A stretch of DNA of 64,000 nucleotides from Octopus vulgaris (GCA_951406725.2 OX597815.1:28210001-28274000); one strand, 5' to 3'. Shown: positions 37,554-50,372, numbered from the stretch's first letter. Notes: generated from the letters alone by a model not told the origin. A program made the numbers and translations.

Positions 37554-38216
37554 GGGAGTTTGCATGACATATATTGCCTTTGGGGTATATCTGAGTTCCA
37601 TAGCATCATAACCGCATAACTTGAATTTCTCTAGAAACCTAGACTGCTCCCAGAATTATATATATAACTTTTTTATCATTTTCCACTTTACCTCATCATA
37701 TTAGCTCTATAATAGATGTTACTTAGCTTATGTATATGTAATCTAATTTGCATATATCCGTTAGTCAGACAACTATTCAAAATTCTCTTTATGCTAAACC
37801 CAGCACGAAATTTTAGACTTAACATACCGAAGTATATCTATATGTTTAAAACATATTTAGTCTTGCTATTGAATAAAACTTGGGAAATACCCCAAGTTTT
37901 TGGCAAAGTAGCATAGATAATGGAAAGACTGGTTCTGGAATTGTTATTCTTGCACAATTTTTGTTTGCCAAATACTTGGGATATACCTACAAGATTCATT
38001 CCACAGCAAGACTATGTCTTAAACATATAAATATATCTTTTTATGAAAAAAATTCCTTTGCTATATTGGAATATTTATTCTACATGAAGTTAATACAAAG
38101 GATATATTTGTGAGTGTGTTTTTAAGAGTAATAATAGTTTTGGGGTTTCTAGTTTATGAAGATTTTGTTATGGTTTCTATGGCTTGGTGCCATTCCAAAC
38201 ATCATGCTGCAAAGTA

Positions 38217-38779
38217 CTGGGTTGTCCAGAAAGTTCATGCCAATTTTTAAAGGAAAGAAAAAGATCAATAAATACTTGCCATTACATTTTTAATCAACCA
38301 AATTTGAACCATTTTGTTGCACAATGTGTCTCCATCTTTCCTTTAATTTGAAAATACCCTCTTCCCAGAATTGAGGTGGTTTCATGGCAAAGAATTCATC
38401 AAGGTATCTTTTTATGTCATCCAAAGAATTGAAATTTTTACCATTAAGACTATTCTGCAGAGACCTGAATAAATGGAAATCCGAAGGAGCAGTATCTGAA
38501 TATGGAGGGTGGGGTAACACATCCCAGCCGAGCTGCAGCAACTTTTGTCTGGTTCCCAAAGCATCAAGTGCCAAAAATGAACTTTCTTATCTTACATTTT
38601 AAGGGGTTACAGAATTAACACAGGTTATAGGAACATAAACCTTCTTCTATGAAAAGATAGCTTAAAGTGTGCTCCAAAAGGAGGTGTAGTCAAATCCTAT
38701 TTTATGGACTCAACCATGTTCTAAAATAAGTCGAAAGGTAAGCTGCTATAAATCGGCATGAACTTTCCGGACAACCCAA
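38217..38779 (-). mobile_element. Internally deleted mariner DNA transposon
   Basis: TA-flanked 30-bp terminal inverted repeats (CTGGGTTGTCCAGAAAGTTCATGCCAATTT / AAATCGGCATGAACTTTCCGGACAACCCAA, 3 mismatches) enclosing a transposase remnant. Confidence 0.95.
38290..38574 (-). pseudogene. Mariner transposase C-terminal fragment
   Basis: LGWDVLPHPPYSDTAPSDFHLFRSLQN...FWEEGIFKLKERW..IVQQNG, a degenerate HPPYSPDLAPSD motif. The N-terminal part of the protein is missing. Confidence 0.92.
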
Positions 38780-40019
38780 TACATGCATTTTACAGCATGT
38801 ACTGGATACTTTTTTTGTACTACTAGCTTAGTGAGGTTGCTATGCATCCGGCAAGACTATGGACACTAAGGCAGTGGAGCGGCTTTATGCTTGAATACAA
38901 GGAGGGGTTAATGTATGACAGAAGAGGAAAGAACAGGGTTTTTTTTTGCTATAGAAGAACTAGGGACAAGCTACATGTTTACTCACATTTAAAAGGGAAT
39001 GACTGAGTGGAACTGGAATAAATAAAATAATGGTAATAAGGTATTCACCTGGACACTTTATCACCACTATTTTATGTATCCAGGTACCCTAAAAGTATGG
39101 GGTGAATAGGGACAGAGGAACCAAGGGTGTGCTGGAAGGTAGAGGTTGCAAGAGTAAATGGAAGAGTGAGAGATGGAGGAATGGATGAAGGAGGGGAGGT
39201 AGGTAACAAAAAGATTAGGGTAGGTTGAAGGGTGGATATAGTGAATGGTAGATAAGAGATAGGGGGATGATATATATATATTTGACTTCCAAGCTGAAAT
39301 TGCATTTATATAAGTTTATATCATATACCACTCTCTTCTATTGTTTTACACTCATATTTATTTATTAGATAAATATCTTGATCCAAAGGTTATAGATGGA
39401 ATTATAACTATTATCTAAACACACAACAATTCTCAACACATGGAAACATTAACAGTGCTATAAATCTATTTTAAGAATACTCCCACATTTAACTGATCCA
39501 AGCAAGCACAAAACGTGTATAAACCAGCCTATGTTAATGGCAATTTCAATATAACTGCATGAAGTCCAAACTACTTGGCCACCAATTACTTCCAATAAAT
39601 GTTGAGAGAGCAAGATCCTAGTTCATTGACCACATCCAGTTTGCTTGTCTTTGACTAAACAGAAGCAGCCTGGATAGCAAAATAAATAGATAAGAAACTG
39701 ATAATCACTCCACCAATACATCTAAACACTGCATATCAGAATACGTTGTATTGTAGTAAGGTCCCATGCTGGCTAAATGTTGCTACATATTTTGTTAGCC
39801 ATGGGTTACCTTGAATACTGAAAGAGAGATATGATTGATTTCTAAGTAATGTCATCAAAATATAGAGACCCTTAAGTGGCAGCTCAACCTGCAAGAAATA
39901 CCAGCCAAATATTCTTCAAATCCAACCCTGCCATTTTAAAAAGGAAGCATTCAATGGATAGTTTAGTTCTAAATATGTTATATCTGAAAATAAGACGGGA
40001 TGGTCATAATTGGAATACC

Positions 40020-40252
40020 TATTTCTTTACGACCCACAAGGGGCTAAACACAGAGAGGACAAACAAGGACAGACAAATGGATTAAGTCGATTATATCGAC
40101 CCCAGTGCGTAACTGGTACTTATCTAATCGACCCCAAAAGGATGAAAGGTAAAGTCAGCCTCGGCAGAATATGAACTCGGAATGTAGCGGCAGACGAAAT
40201 ATCGCTAAGCATTTTGCCCGGCATGCTAACGATTCTGCCAGCTCGCCGCTTT
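40020..40252 (-). mobile_element. Full-length Meta-like SINE (family B, tail 1) with 16-bp TSD
   Basis: TSD TCATAATTGGAATACC at 40004-40019 and 40253-40268. Confidence 0.92.
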
Positions 40253-40363
40253 TCATAATTGGAATACCATTTGCCATAGGCAGATACAGAACTAAACCAC
40301 AGTAACAACACTGTTATGCTTTGACCAAATCATAGAAAACTAAGGTATTCAATGAGAAATATA

Positions 40364-40907
40364 CTAGGAGGTGCTGAAAAGTTCCTGGCATTGGGTAAAA
40401 GAAAATATAGAGGCATCGCCAGTGGCACGTAAAAAGCACCATCCAAACGTGGCCGATGCCAGCGCTGCCTTGACTGGCTTCTGTGCCGGTGGCACGTAAA
40501 AAGCACCAACTGATCGTGGCCATTGCCAGCCTCCCCTGGCACATGTACCAGTGGAATGTAAAAGCACTCACTACACTCACGGAGTGGTTGACGTTAGGAA
40601 GGGTATCCAGCTGTAGAAACACTGCCAGATCAGACTGAAGCTGGGTGCAGCCTCCTAGCTTCCCAGACCCCGGTTGAACCGTCCAACTCATGCTAGCATG
40701 AAATACAGACGTTAAACGACGATGATGATGATGATGATGATGATCAGTTAGTTATAATTTTATTCAACATATTCCCCTCTCAGATTCACACACTTATTGC
40801 AGCAGTCCTTCAGTTTTTCTAAGACCTGTAAAAGAACTTGGAAGGCTGGGCCTCCAACTAAGCCTTTTATGGTACCCTTAAAGCCAGGAACTTTTCAGCA
40901 CCCCTCA
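40364..40907. mobile_element. Mariner-type MITE interrupted by an RTE copy
   Basis: TA-flanked inverted repeats GGTGCTGAAAAGTTCCTGGC / GCCAGGAACTTTTCAGCACC. The RTE insert occupies about 40413-40743. Confidence 0.85.
40413..40743 (+). mobile_element. 5'-truncated RTE LINE copy
   Basis: Three UTR units plus the family tail and (GAT)n. Confidence 0.85.
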
Positions 40908-41479
40908 TATAAAAAGAATTTGTAGAAAATATATATAATCCCTTCTGTTAAGTTCAGGAACTTCCCTCCATAAAAAAAACAAACAGACAAAACACCACAA
41001 AACAATAAAAGTGTCTTTCTTTATGAAAAAAATATGCTTTGCATGTCAGTTGTTTGATAATGATATATTCAAAAAAGGATAATTAAAGAAAAAAAATCTA
41101 AATGAGAACAAGACAGCTTTGAACCAAGGAGATGACATAGAGGATCATATGAGGTTTCAAGGATATAATGAAGGAAAAAGAGAATAAAAAAGCAAAAACA
41201 AAAAAACTATGCCTTTGAAGAATTGGATGCTACAGAGAAGAGAGATATGTGTAATAATTTGGAGTCAACATAAAATGGATAACGTGAGATTGTGGTAGCA
41301 GATGTAGTCAGAGGAATTACCTTTATTAGCAATAGCTGCTGTTCTATTGATGCTTGCAACAATGGGTTTAGTACTAGGAATGGTAGAAGTGCAGTTGATG
41401 TTTGCAACAATAGTTTCAGTTTGCAACACTAACCCTAATATTATTTAAGCTGCATTTGTTCGTACTGATAATGGAAACT

Positions 41480-41735
41480 CATCATCATCATCATCATCGT
41501 TTAACGTCTGTTCTCCATGCTAGCATGGGTTGGACGGTTCGATCGGGGATCTGGGAAGCCAGAAGGCTGCACCAGGCTCCAGTCTGATCTGGCAGAGTTT
41601 CTACAGCTGGATGCCTTTCCTAACACCAACCACTCCGTGAGTGTAGTGGGTGCTTTTTACGCGCCACCTGCACAGGTGCCAGGTGAGGCTGGCAACAGCC
41701 ATGATCGGATTGGTGCATTTTATGTGCCACTGGCA
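41480..41735 (-). mobile_element. 5'-truncated RTE LINE copy
   Basis: (CAT)n tail and two UTR units. Confidence 0.85.
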
Positions 41736-42474
41736 ATGCTAATAATAGCAGCTAGGAATAGGGGTGAGTTTCTTAATTCATAGGTGTACCACTGGACATT
41801 CCATCTTCATGTAGTGTCTCAGCAAAAATCAATCTGGTTTGACAGAGTCAATCTCTGTCTAAGACAAAACCACAGGTAGAGATGGACTCGATACTACAAT
41901 GAACTACTTGTCAAATTTGCAGTAACTTTGCTGTTTAGAGCAGTGGATTCCTAAGAGAACCTAAAACCAGCAAAGCTGACTAAGCCATTTCAGAGTTAAA
42001 TATTTATACTACAGAAATAAAGTAAAACCAGTAACAGGTTGTGTATGGACTTCTTGGAGAATTTAATGTTATATAGTAGAGAGATATCAGTAATCGATTG
42101 GATTTAAGACAGGAATGGATGACATGAGACTATAGTGGTAGATGGTAGCTTCAGTACAATATTTAGTTGGTTTTCTGTTTTCAGTCTAATAGTAACAGTT
42201 TCTTTCAGAAAGTACATAGTCTCAGATTTATAAGGAAATGAAAATGGAAGATCATATCACAGGGAACTGAAAATGAGTCTGAGGCATGACTTGTTTGAAA
42301 ATGCTGCTATATCACATCACCAGGATTGTGATTACTATGAATAATGATGGTGCACTTATTATAACTAAATCTGTATTCTTAGCAAGTCATAAAAACCATG
42401 GAATAAACTGTCTGAGGAGATTCTATCACATCTGCAGTAGCAGGGCTGTGGAATACAAAACTATCTTAAATTTC

Positions 42475-42702
42475 ATTATTTACATTTGACTGATATTTGT
42501 CCTCATCTGGTTTGTTGTTAACACAGTGTTTCGGCTGATATACCCTCCAGCCTTCATCAGGTGTCTTGGGGAAATTTCGAACCTGATGAAGGCTGGAGAG
42601 TATATCAGCTGAAGCGTTGTGTTAACAACAAACAAGATGAGGGCAAATATCAGTCAAATGTAAATAATGTACATAATTCCTCATCTCTTAAATATAGAAC
42701 TG
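42475..42702. mobile_element. Fold-back element with a hammerhead motif in each arm and a 13-bp TSD
   Basis: 89-bp arms at 42474-42562 and 42581-42669 with an 18-bp spacer. TSD TATCTTAAATTTC at 42462-42474 and 42703-42715. Core CTGATGA-A-GGCTG...CAGCC-GAAAC. Confidence 0.85.
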
Positions 42703-43669
42703 TATCTTAAATTTCTTGAGTAGTTTGGTACTTTATTATGCTAAGATTGTAGCTGTCTCAGTCTAAATTAAATAAATAAATATAAACCAAATTAATTTGC
42801 TAAAAATATCAAAAGAATCCCTGAAGGAAACTGTAGAAATAAGTGTTTATTAAAAAATACTTCTGTATACTAAATTGTAAGTATGTCCAATAATGTTATA
42901 AAATCTAATCCATTAGATTAATAACAAATATAGTCAAGAGTTTGGTAGGATGAACATCATTCAGATAACACATAAATTGAGATAGTATTTCTTTAATTTT
43001 AATAAATCTTAGAGACAGATTATTTCTTAAGGATGTATTTACTGATTAAATTCTAACTTTGGATAGGCTGAATCTCAGGGAAAAATGTTTCTAATTAACT
43101 GTTTTTCTGTAAGAAAGGAAAACTTAATGTAGTAACTAAATCTCATATGGTATACTAGAAGCAAGAGCTAACTTACTAAAGAATTGATTGAATTTTATCA
43201 TTCTGTATAAAATGTATAAAAAAGAGTGTCCTGATACTGAATCATAAAAACAACAAAAATTATTAACTATTTCATGACAATATTTCAATAATTTTAATGA
43301 ATAGGCAGTTCATGTATCTCAATTCAATAAGCATTTTAGTGGCTTAAAAAATCTGTAACTCTATATAGTGATATAATATTATGCTTATGTTAACCAACTG
43401 AAATTTCATGAGGTCATTAATACTGTGAGATTTTGGTATAGGTTGTCTCGAGTGAGTTGTATTTAAAAGGATTAATAAAACTTAAGTTTATTTTAGCAAG
43501 GACAGCCATAAAGTTGTCCAAAACATCATATATGTGAGAATGAAACAAGAAGACAACGAAAGGATATTTCAATAAAAATGCAGCAAAAATTAACAATAAA
43601 AAAAAATCCCCACCTCTCAGAAGTCTGCTAATAACTTATCTTAAAAATATACATATTGAACCATGCCTT

Positions 43670-44130
43670 AGTTCCTTCCACTTTCTAAGATGTAGCAGAT
43701 GACAGGAGGTCACCACCTGGCACATTCACCAACCATCATGAGCCTGCACTTAGGCCACGTTTATACTGGTCTGGTTTTCCCCACAATCCTCAACCAGGTC
43801 TTGATGAGATCTGCCTCACCCCCTGGGTTAGCTACCTGACTTCCATCTGAGAGAGTCTCACACTGATCTCACAATGGTCATTTGTAGTCCATGAGTGAGC
43901 AATTTCCACCTTCTCATGATGACGTCGTCCCTTAAGTTACTCAACCTGGCCCTTTCTGTATCTTCTTCATTCTTGATATGGTCATGCAAAGAGATTTTTA
44001 GTACAGTCTTAGGGCAACATATGTGCAAGATATCTGCAGTTCTATATATTCTGCTGATCTTTTTCCAAATCTTGCAGGTATATGATGTTGCACTTGGCAT
44101 AACAATGAATGTCATAGCTGAAAATGACAT
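43670..44130 (-). mobile_element. Old RTE-clade LINE ORF fragment
   Basis: VMPSATSYTCKIWKK...VLKISLHDHIKNEE..ERA...RRWKL..H.LQM resembles RTE Y.CETW...LRRILKI.W.D.I.NEEV..R...RRW...GHVLRM. Confidence 0.7.
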
Positions 44131-45726
44131 TTAATGATGCGTTTTTTGTAAGAATGACATATATAGAGATTAAACACACAAAAAAGTTCGGAATTAGAAA
44201 TTTTTTATACTCTGAAGGGAATTGCTGAATGTTTCTAATAAAAGGTTATAATCATTATAACCAAAAGTGTATTGGTAATCTAGAAATACAGCCATAATAA
44301 AATAGTCAATGTATGGCATTACCAGTTTGTTCTGTGGCATTAATATATGATTAATTCAATTAAAACATATGTTAAATATTTGAAGAAACTGATATTTGTG
44401 AACATATAGTCTTTCCAAATATGCAGTCAATATCTGATAAAAAAAGGAGATGAGTTGGTTGAAATGGTAATTAATCAAACTAAGAGTTCTACAGTATATA
44501 ATTTTCATCCCGCTATGTTCCAAGTTCAAATCCTGGTTGAACCAATTTTCCTTTCATCTCTTCAGTTGTTGTCATTCAGCCCAAGGTCAGCCTTGATTAC
44601 TTAGACAAATGAGCAAAAGTAGTCAAGCTATGACCATCCTCTTTTTATCAATGTATTTATGATTACAGATCAGACTGGAGCCTGGTGCAGCCTTCTGGCT
44701 TCCCAGATCCTGGTTGAACAGTCCAACCCATGCTAGCATGGAAAACGGACGTTAAACAATGATGATGATGATTATCTAATGTGTTCTTGTCTTCTACTGC
44801 AATTGTAAAACCCTACATCAGCCCTATTTCAACATGCCTATGGTCAAAGGTACTCCAGTAGACCACCTCGTCTTTAGTTTTATTGGGCATAATACACCTT
44901 AGACTATATTATCCAATGTGCCAATTGTTCAAGATGGTCAGATATGAATTGAGCAAGATTTGCTTGTCATTGAGTCTGAAGGTGACAAAGAGATTTAGCT
45001 ACTATTTATTCCAAGTCAAATGACTACATTGAGGATATCTTGTTGGATGATTAACGAGTGGTAGTGTAGTAAGATTATTTAATTGTGTATACACAGCTGC
45101 TTTCAAATTTGATTTTGTACCTAATCCAAAGAAGTGAATATATGATCAGAGAATTCTTTGATGAGAAATCAATTTCGTGAAGATACTGATTTTCAAGATA
45201 GGACAATTTTAGTTCTCTTTAACTCTTTTACTGTGAAATTGGATTTCATGCTTATTCCAGTAATAGTGTTAAATATCTACTAAAAGATAGATTCGGTACT
45301 TTCTGTGAGTTAAATTGCCTCAATAAACTTGACATATATCTTTCCAATAGAAAATAGTTTTTATCATGACATTCCTCAACAAAAGATAGATTGGTATATA
45401 AAACAGATTTCTGCAGTTAAGAGTAATGGAATTTTGAATGGATATATTTGCTTTCCATAGTAAAAGGGTTAATATAGAATAGACAAGAAAGAACAGAGGA
45501 AGAGAGCAGGTGAAACAGTTGGTATGAACCTACAATTTTGAGGATGTTCACTTCTGTTAGAGGCAGAGAGGGAACTTTTTGGGAAAAAAAAAATTGTCTT
45601 TGTTTTAAAATAACAGTGTTTCTTTTATATAGTTCTCTCACTTCTAAGGTCATCATGTACATTACATGCATATATCATACACAAATTATATGTATTCAGT
45701 ACTAATTACTAAAATAAGTAGTGAGT

Positions 45727-46148
45727 CATAATCATCATCATCATCATCATCGTTTAATGTCAGTTTTCCATGCTGGCATGGGATGGATGGTTTGACTGCG
45801 GTCTGGAGAGCCAGTGGCTGCACAAGGCTCCAATCTGATCTGGCAATGTTTCTACAGCTGGAAGCCCTTCCTAATGCCAACCAATCCGAGAGTGTAGTGG
45901 GTGCTTTTTATGTTCTACTCGCACAGGAGCCAGTCAGGCAGGCCTGGAAACGATCACATTTGGAAGCTGCTTTTTACGTGCCACTGGCACAGGGGCCAGT
46001 CAGGGGGTACTGGCATCAGTCACGATTTGTTGTTGCTTTTTACGTGCCACCGGAACAGGAGCCAGACTGGGGGTACTGGCATTGGCCACGTTTGGTTGGT
46101 GCTTTTTATGTGCCATCAGCACAGGAGCCATTCAGGTGGACCTGGCAG
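45727..46148 (-). mobile_element. RTE copy with four regular ~66-bp UTR units
   Basis: Family tail, then TGCTTTTTAYGT motifs near 45902, 45968, 46034 and 46100. Confidence 0.85.
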
Positions 46149-46500
46149 CCTACATTTTATATTTGGTCTGAACCTATTATCAACTTTATATGGGCTTGAA
46201 CATTGAAGGAAATCTTTTCTAGAAGGAAACAGATTTTAACATTCATATGTTTTGCATAAGCATCAGTAATATGAAATAGATAGCTAGGGTGGCGAGCTGG
46301 AAGAATCATTAGCACACTGGGCAAAATGCTAAGTGGCTTTTCAGCCCTCTTGACATTCTGGGTTAAAATTCTAATTTTCATCAATTTTATCCCTTTGGGT
46401 TGATAAAATAACTACCAGTTGGGTACTGGGAACAATATAATTGACTTACCCATGTTCCAGAAATTTCTGGCTTTGAGCCAAAATTTGAACCCAATATGAA

Positions 46501-46875
46501 ACAAGAGCATTCAGAGAGTGCAAACCTTCCCCAAGGCAACACCAACGTCCTCTTAATGATTAGCAAGAGATGATTTTTAAAATGAGAATATCTAAAATAA
46601 ACTCGACTGCTCTCACAAATGAGAATACTAAAAATGAACCTGACTGCACTCAAAAATTAAGTAAAAAAAGCCAGAAAAATAATCCAGAATCCTTGTCCGG
46701 TATTGGATTGATCCCAAAATCTAATCAGTTTGTGTCAGTCACAAGGCCAAACATCCCTGAAAGTTTCATCTGAATCCATCCAGTGGTTCTTGAGATATCT
46801 AGTCCATGGACAAACAAACAAACCAACAAACATGATTGAAAACAATACCTCCACCTTCGCTAAGGGGAAGGTAAT
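46501..46875. mobile_element. Helentron-associated (HINE/DINE-1-like) non-autonomous element
   Basis: Subterminal inverted repeat ACCTTCCCC (46524-46532) / GGGGAAGGT (46864-46872), a short terminal palindrome, a (CAAA)n tract next to the end and A-rich junctions. Architecture-based call. Confidence 0.6.
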
Positions 46876-48673
46876 AAATAGCTTGGACCAGGAATCAAAA
46901 TGCGATTGTGTACACAACTCTTGAAGAATCTACTTCTGTCCTATAGCATTAGTCTTAATAGGTAATAGTGATGCTATAATCGAGGTTTAGTGGCCATAAA
47001 GCTAATAAGCTATGTTTCAAACTGACATGTAGCTTAATACTTATTCAATGGCTACATGGGACACTTAAGATTAGCTTGTCACTTCTAGGACTGTATTACC
47101 TAATATTTTCATTTTTTAAAAGTTGGTAAGAGGATATTTGAGGAAGATTTGGCTGCTAATTTTAGCATGTTTAAAGTCTGTGTAGACATGTCCTCATTGG
47201 TTCTAATGTAGTTGATATTAGGGTTCTCAGCAGTGAACTACATAATTCACACATGTATTCTGAGAGTTCAAAACTATACAAGTAGTGCTCAAATGGGAAA
47301 TATAAGTCAAAATCATAATTATAACAGAAAGCTCTTAAAAAGTAGTATGTTATAAATCCCACTTTTTCTCCACACTTGACATATGAAAGGAAATCCTCAT
47401 AAATTATAGTCATAAGATAACATGAAAGAGATGATGCTTAATAAGACAGACACCTCATCCCTTTCAACATCTGTTTCAAAATATTTGTTATATGACAACA
47501 AACTAAAGAACAAAGAAATAAATGAATTAATAAAAAAAAAAATACTGAAATTTCTATAAAGAACAGAAATCTCAGTAGAACTGCAGAGAATTGAAAGTGC
47601 CTTCATCATTTTATTCATTGTTAATATAATTCATTTCAATTACTTGCTCAAAGAATTAGCTTCAAAAGTCTAAAATAATAAACCAAACCAAAAAAAAATA
47701 TCTTCAATATGAAAAGAAACAAGGTATCAAAACGAACTTAAAATAATTATAAAAATTATAAATATATAAAAACATACCAGAGTATGCAAAAGCGGAAGTA
47801 ATATTCAATACACTTTTTAAATAAAAGAAGAAAATAATAAAAAAAGAGGAAAACTATATACACTAATACTCGTCATATGAGTAAACAACCCCCCCAGTAC
47901 TCCAAGAAATCTTATACATTCCCTTTCTGAGTAAGCAATATGTACATTCTATTACTATGTACGGTGTGTGTGTGCATTTATACACACACATGCATGTGAA
48001 CACATAAAAAAGGGTGATATGCATTAAGTACATTCTTTACAGTTGCGTTAGACATGCTATCAACATACTAATAGCAGTGGAAGCTATCAGATAAACTGTT
48101 TATTGCCGGCTTTCATTCATCCTTTTACATTTCTTCTAACTGCATTTTTTTTTCCTTCCTTCAAAATTTCTTTCCATTTCTATTTCTCCAAGCTAAGAAT
48201 AATACACAAATGGATATAAAGAGTATATAACTATTTAGTAATATAAGATAAAACGCATATAAAGAAAAAAAATCATTAGTTTTTATAAGCGTGGTTCAAA
48301 TAACTCCTTTATCTTTTCCTTGTTTCAGTCATTAGACTGTGGCTAAACTGGAGCAGTCTCGGAAGGTTTAGTTGAACAAATCAACACAGTATTTTTTTTT
48401 TAAAGTCCAGTACTTATACAACAAGTCTCTTTTGTTGAACTGCTAAGTTATGGGGGATGTAAAACAAACCAACAATAGCTGTCAAGTGGTGGTTGCGAGC
48501 AAACATAAGACACACGCAGTCAAGAACCGGATTGTCCTCTTAATTTCGGCTGATTAATCTTGATGAGAGAGCGGGGAGAGAGAGTGTTGAAGTCGTACAT
48601 AGTTTAGTGAAATGTGTACTTACATATAAGAAAACAAAGTGTACGTACGCCGCTATATATATATATATATATA

Positions 48674-49091
48674 GCGCAGGAGTGGCTGTGTGGTAAGTAG
48701 CTTGCTAACCAACCACATGGTTCCGAGTTCAGTCCCACTGCGTGGCATCTTGGGCAAGTGTCTTCTGCTATAGCCCCGGGCCGACCAATGCCTTGTGAGT
48801 GGATTTGGTAGACGGAAACTGAAAGAAGCCTGTTGTATATGTATATATATGTATGTGTATGTGTATGTGTGTGTGTGTGTTTGTGTGTCTGTGTTTGCCC
48901 CCCTAGCATTGCTTGACAACCGATGCTGGTGTGTTTACGTCCCTGTCACTTAGCGGTTTGGCAAAAGAGACCGATAGAATAAGTACTGGGCTTACAAAGA
49001 ATAAGTTCCGGGGTCGATTTCCTCGACTAAAAAGGCGGTGCTCCAGCATGGCCGCAGTCAAATGACTGAAACAAGTAAAAGAGTAAAAGAG
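48674..49091 (+). mobile_element. Full-length young SINE family A (CR1-type tail)
   Basis: Near-identical to 4982-5385, CpG-rich, inserted in (TA)n. Confidence 0.92.
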
Positions 49092-49613
49092 TATATATAT
49101 ATATGTAAAAAATACAAAATGGGACAAGAACGCAAAACATCCAAATAGACGATACAAAAAACACGGACGGGTCATTCGAAGCCTTTAATCTTCAGTCACA
49201 TATATATATCAAATTTTACTGAATCTGCCCTTCACTAATATAACCTCAATGTTTTAACTTTCAGAACTTACAACTTGTTGCTATTGATTTTTGTCTAGAA
49301 TCTTATTTGTCTTTTTTTTTCTTAGATAATATCATTGCTCTTGTAAAGGATATAAAGTAATTGTTGATAGTAATCTTAAATTTCCAAAGAATCTTTGTAA
49401 CATTGCTAATAAAGCATTTAATCATATGTGTCTTATCTTTAAAGCTTTCATAAACAGAGATATTAAATTCTTAGTTGCATATATAAATATATGTTTTACT
49501 AATTACCTTCCTCATTTCAAAAATCTCACTTACAAGCGTTGCTGAGGAAAATTAAACTACTTCCCATTAGAAACAGAGCACATCCTAAATGATTAAACAT
49601 ATACGCAAAAAAT

Positions 49614-49987
49614 CTTTTATCTTTTACTTGTTTCAGTCATTTGACTGTGGCCATGCTGGGGCACTGTTTTGAAGGGTTTAAGTCAAACATATTGGCTCTA
49701 GGACTTATTTATTTTTTGAAGCCTGTAGTACTTATTTTATTGGTCTTTTTTGCTGAATTGCTAAGTTACACTCCAATGCTGATTGTCAAGTGGTGGTGGG
49801 GAACAAACACACACACACACACACATAATGGGCTTCCTTTTAGTTTCCATCTACCAAATCCACTCAGAAGGCTTTGGTTGACCTAAGGCTATAGAAAAAA
49901 AACTTGCCCAAGGTGCCATGCAGTGGGAATGAACCCAGAACTATGTGGTTGGGAAGCAAGCTTCTTACCACACAGCCACACCTGCAT
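49614..49987 (-). mobile_element. SINE family A, diverged
   Basis: Tail CTTGTTTCAGTCATTTGACTG through head CTTACCACACAGCCACACCTGC. Confidence 0.85.
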
Positions 49988-50372
49988 CCATGTTACACAA
50001 TCAACTCTACCTTTCTTTTCTGACCACTTTTCTTTGTGAAATATAATGTAGTGTTCACAAACACAAATTGATACATCAACTAACATGTGACAATCTTCAT
50101 TCTCATTTCTTTACTAACCATTTGTGTGAGACATAAAACTCATTGTTGTTTGGGCTGATGAAGTTTTTACTATTAGCAATAAGCATAAAAAATTGAAAAT
50201 TCATTGATATGACTTAATCTTGACACTTATTGTGATAGTAAATACATTAAAGCATTTTAATAAGCATTTTAATACTGCACCTATTCTGCCAGTAATATAG
50301 TTTTGTTATTTTAATTATTATGCTAATTTTCTGAATAGGATTGTTACTTAATTACTTTCGCATAATTTAAAT

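Noticed and set aside
45898-46148. Repeat-spacer pattern resembling a CRISPR array
   Set aside because: Eukaryotic context, spacers are homologous to one another, repeats are degenerate, there are no cas genes, and the array is part of the RTE 3' UTR.
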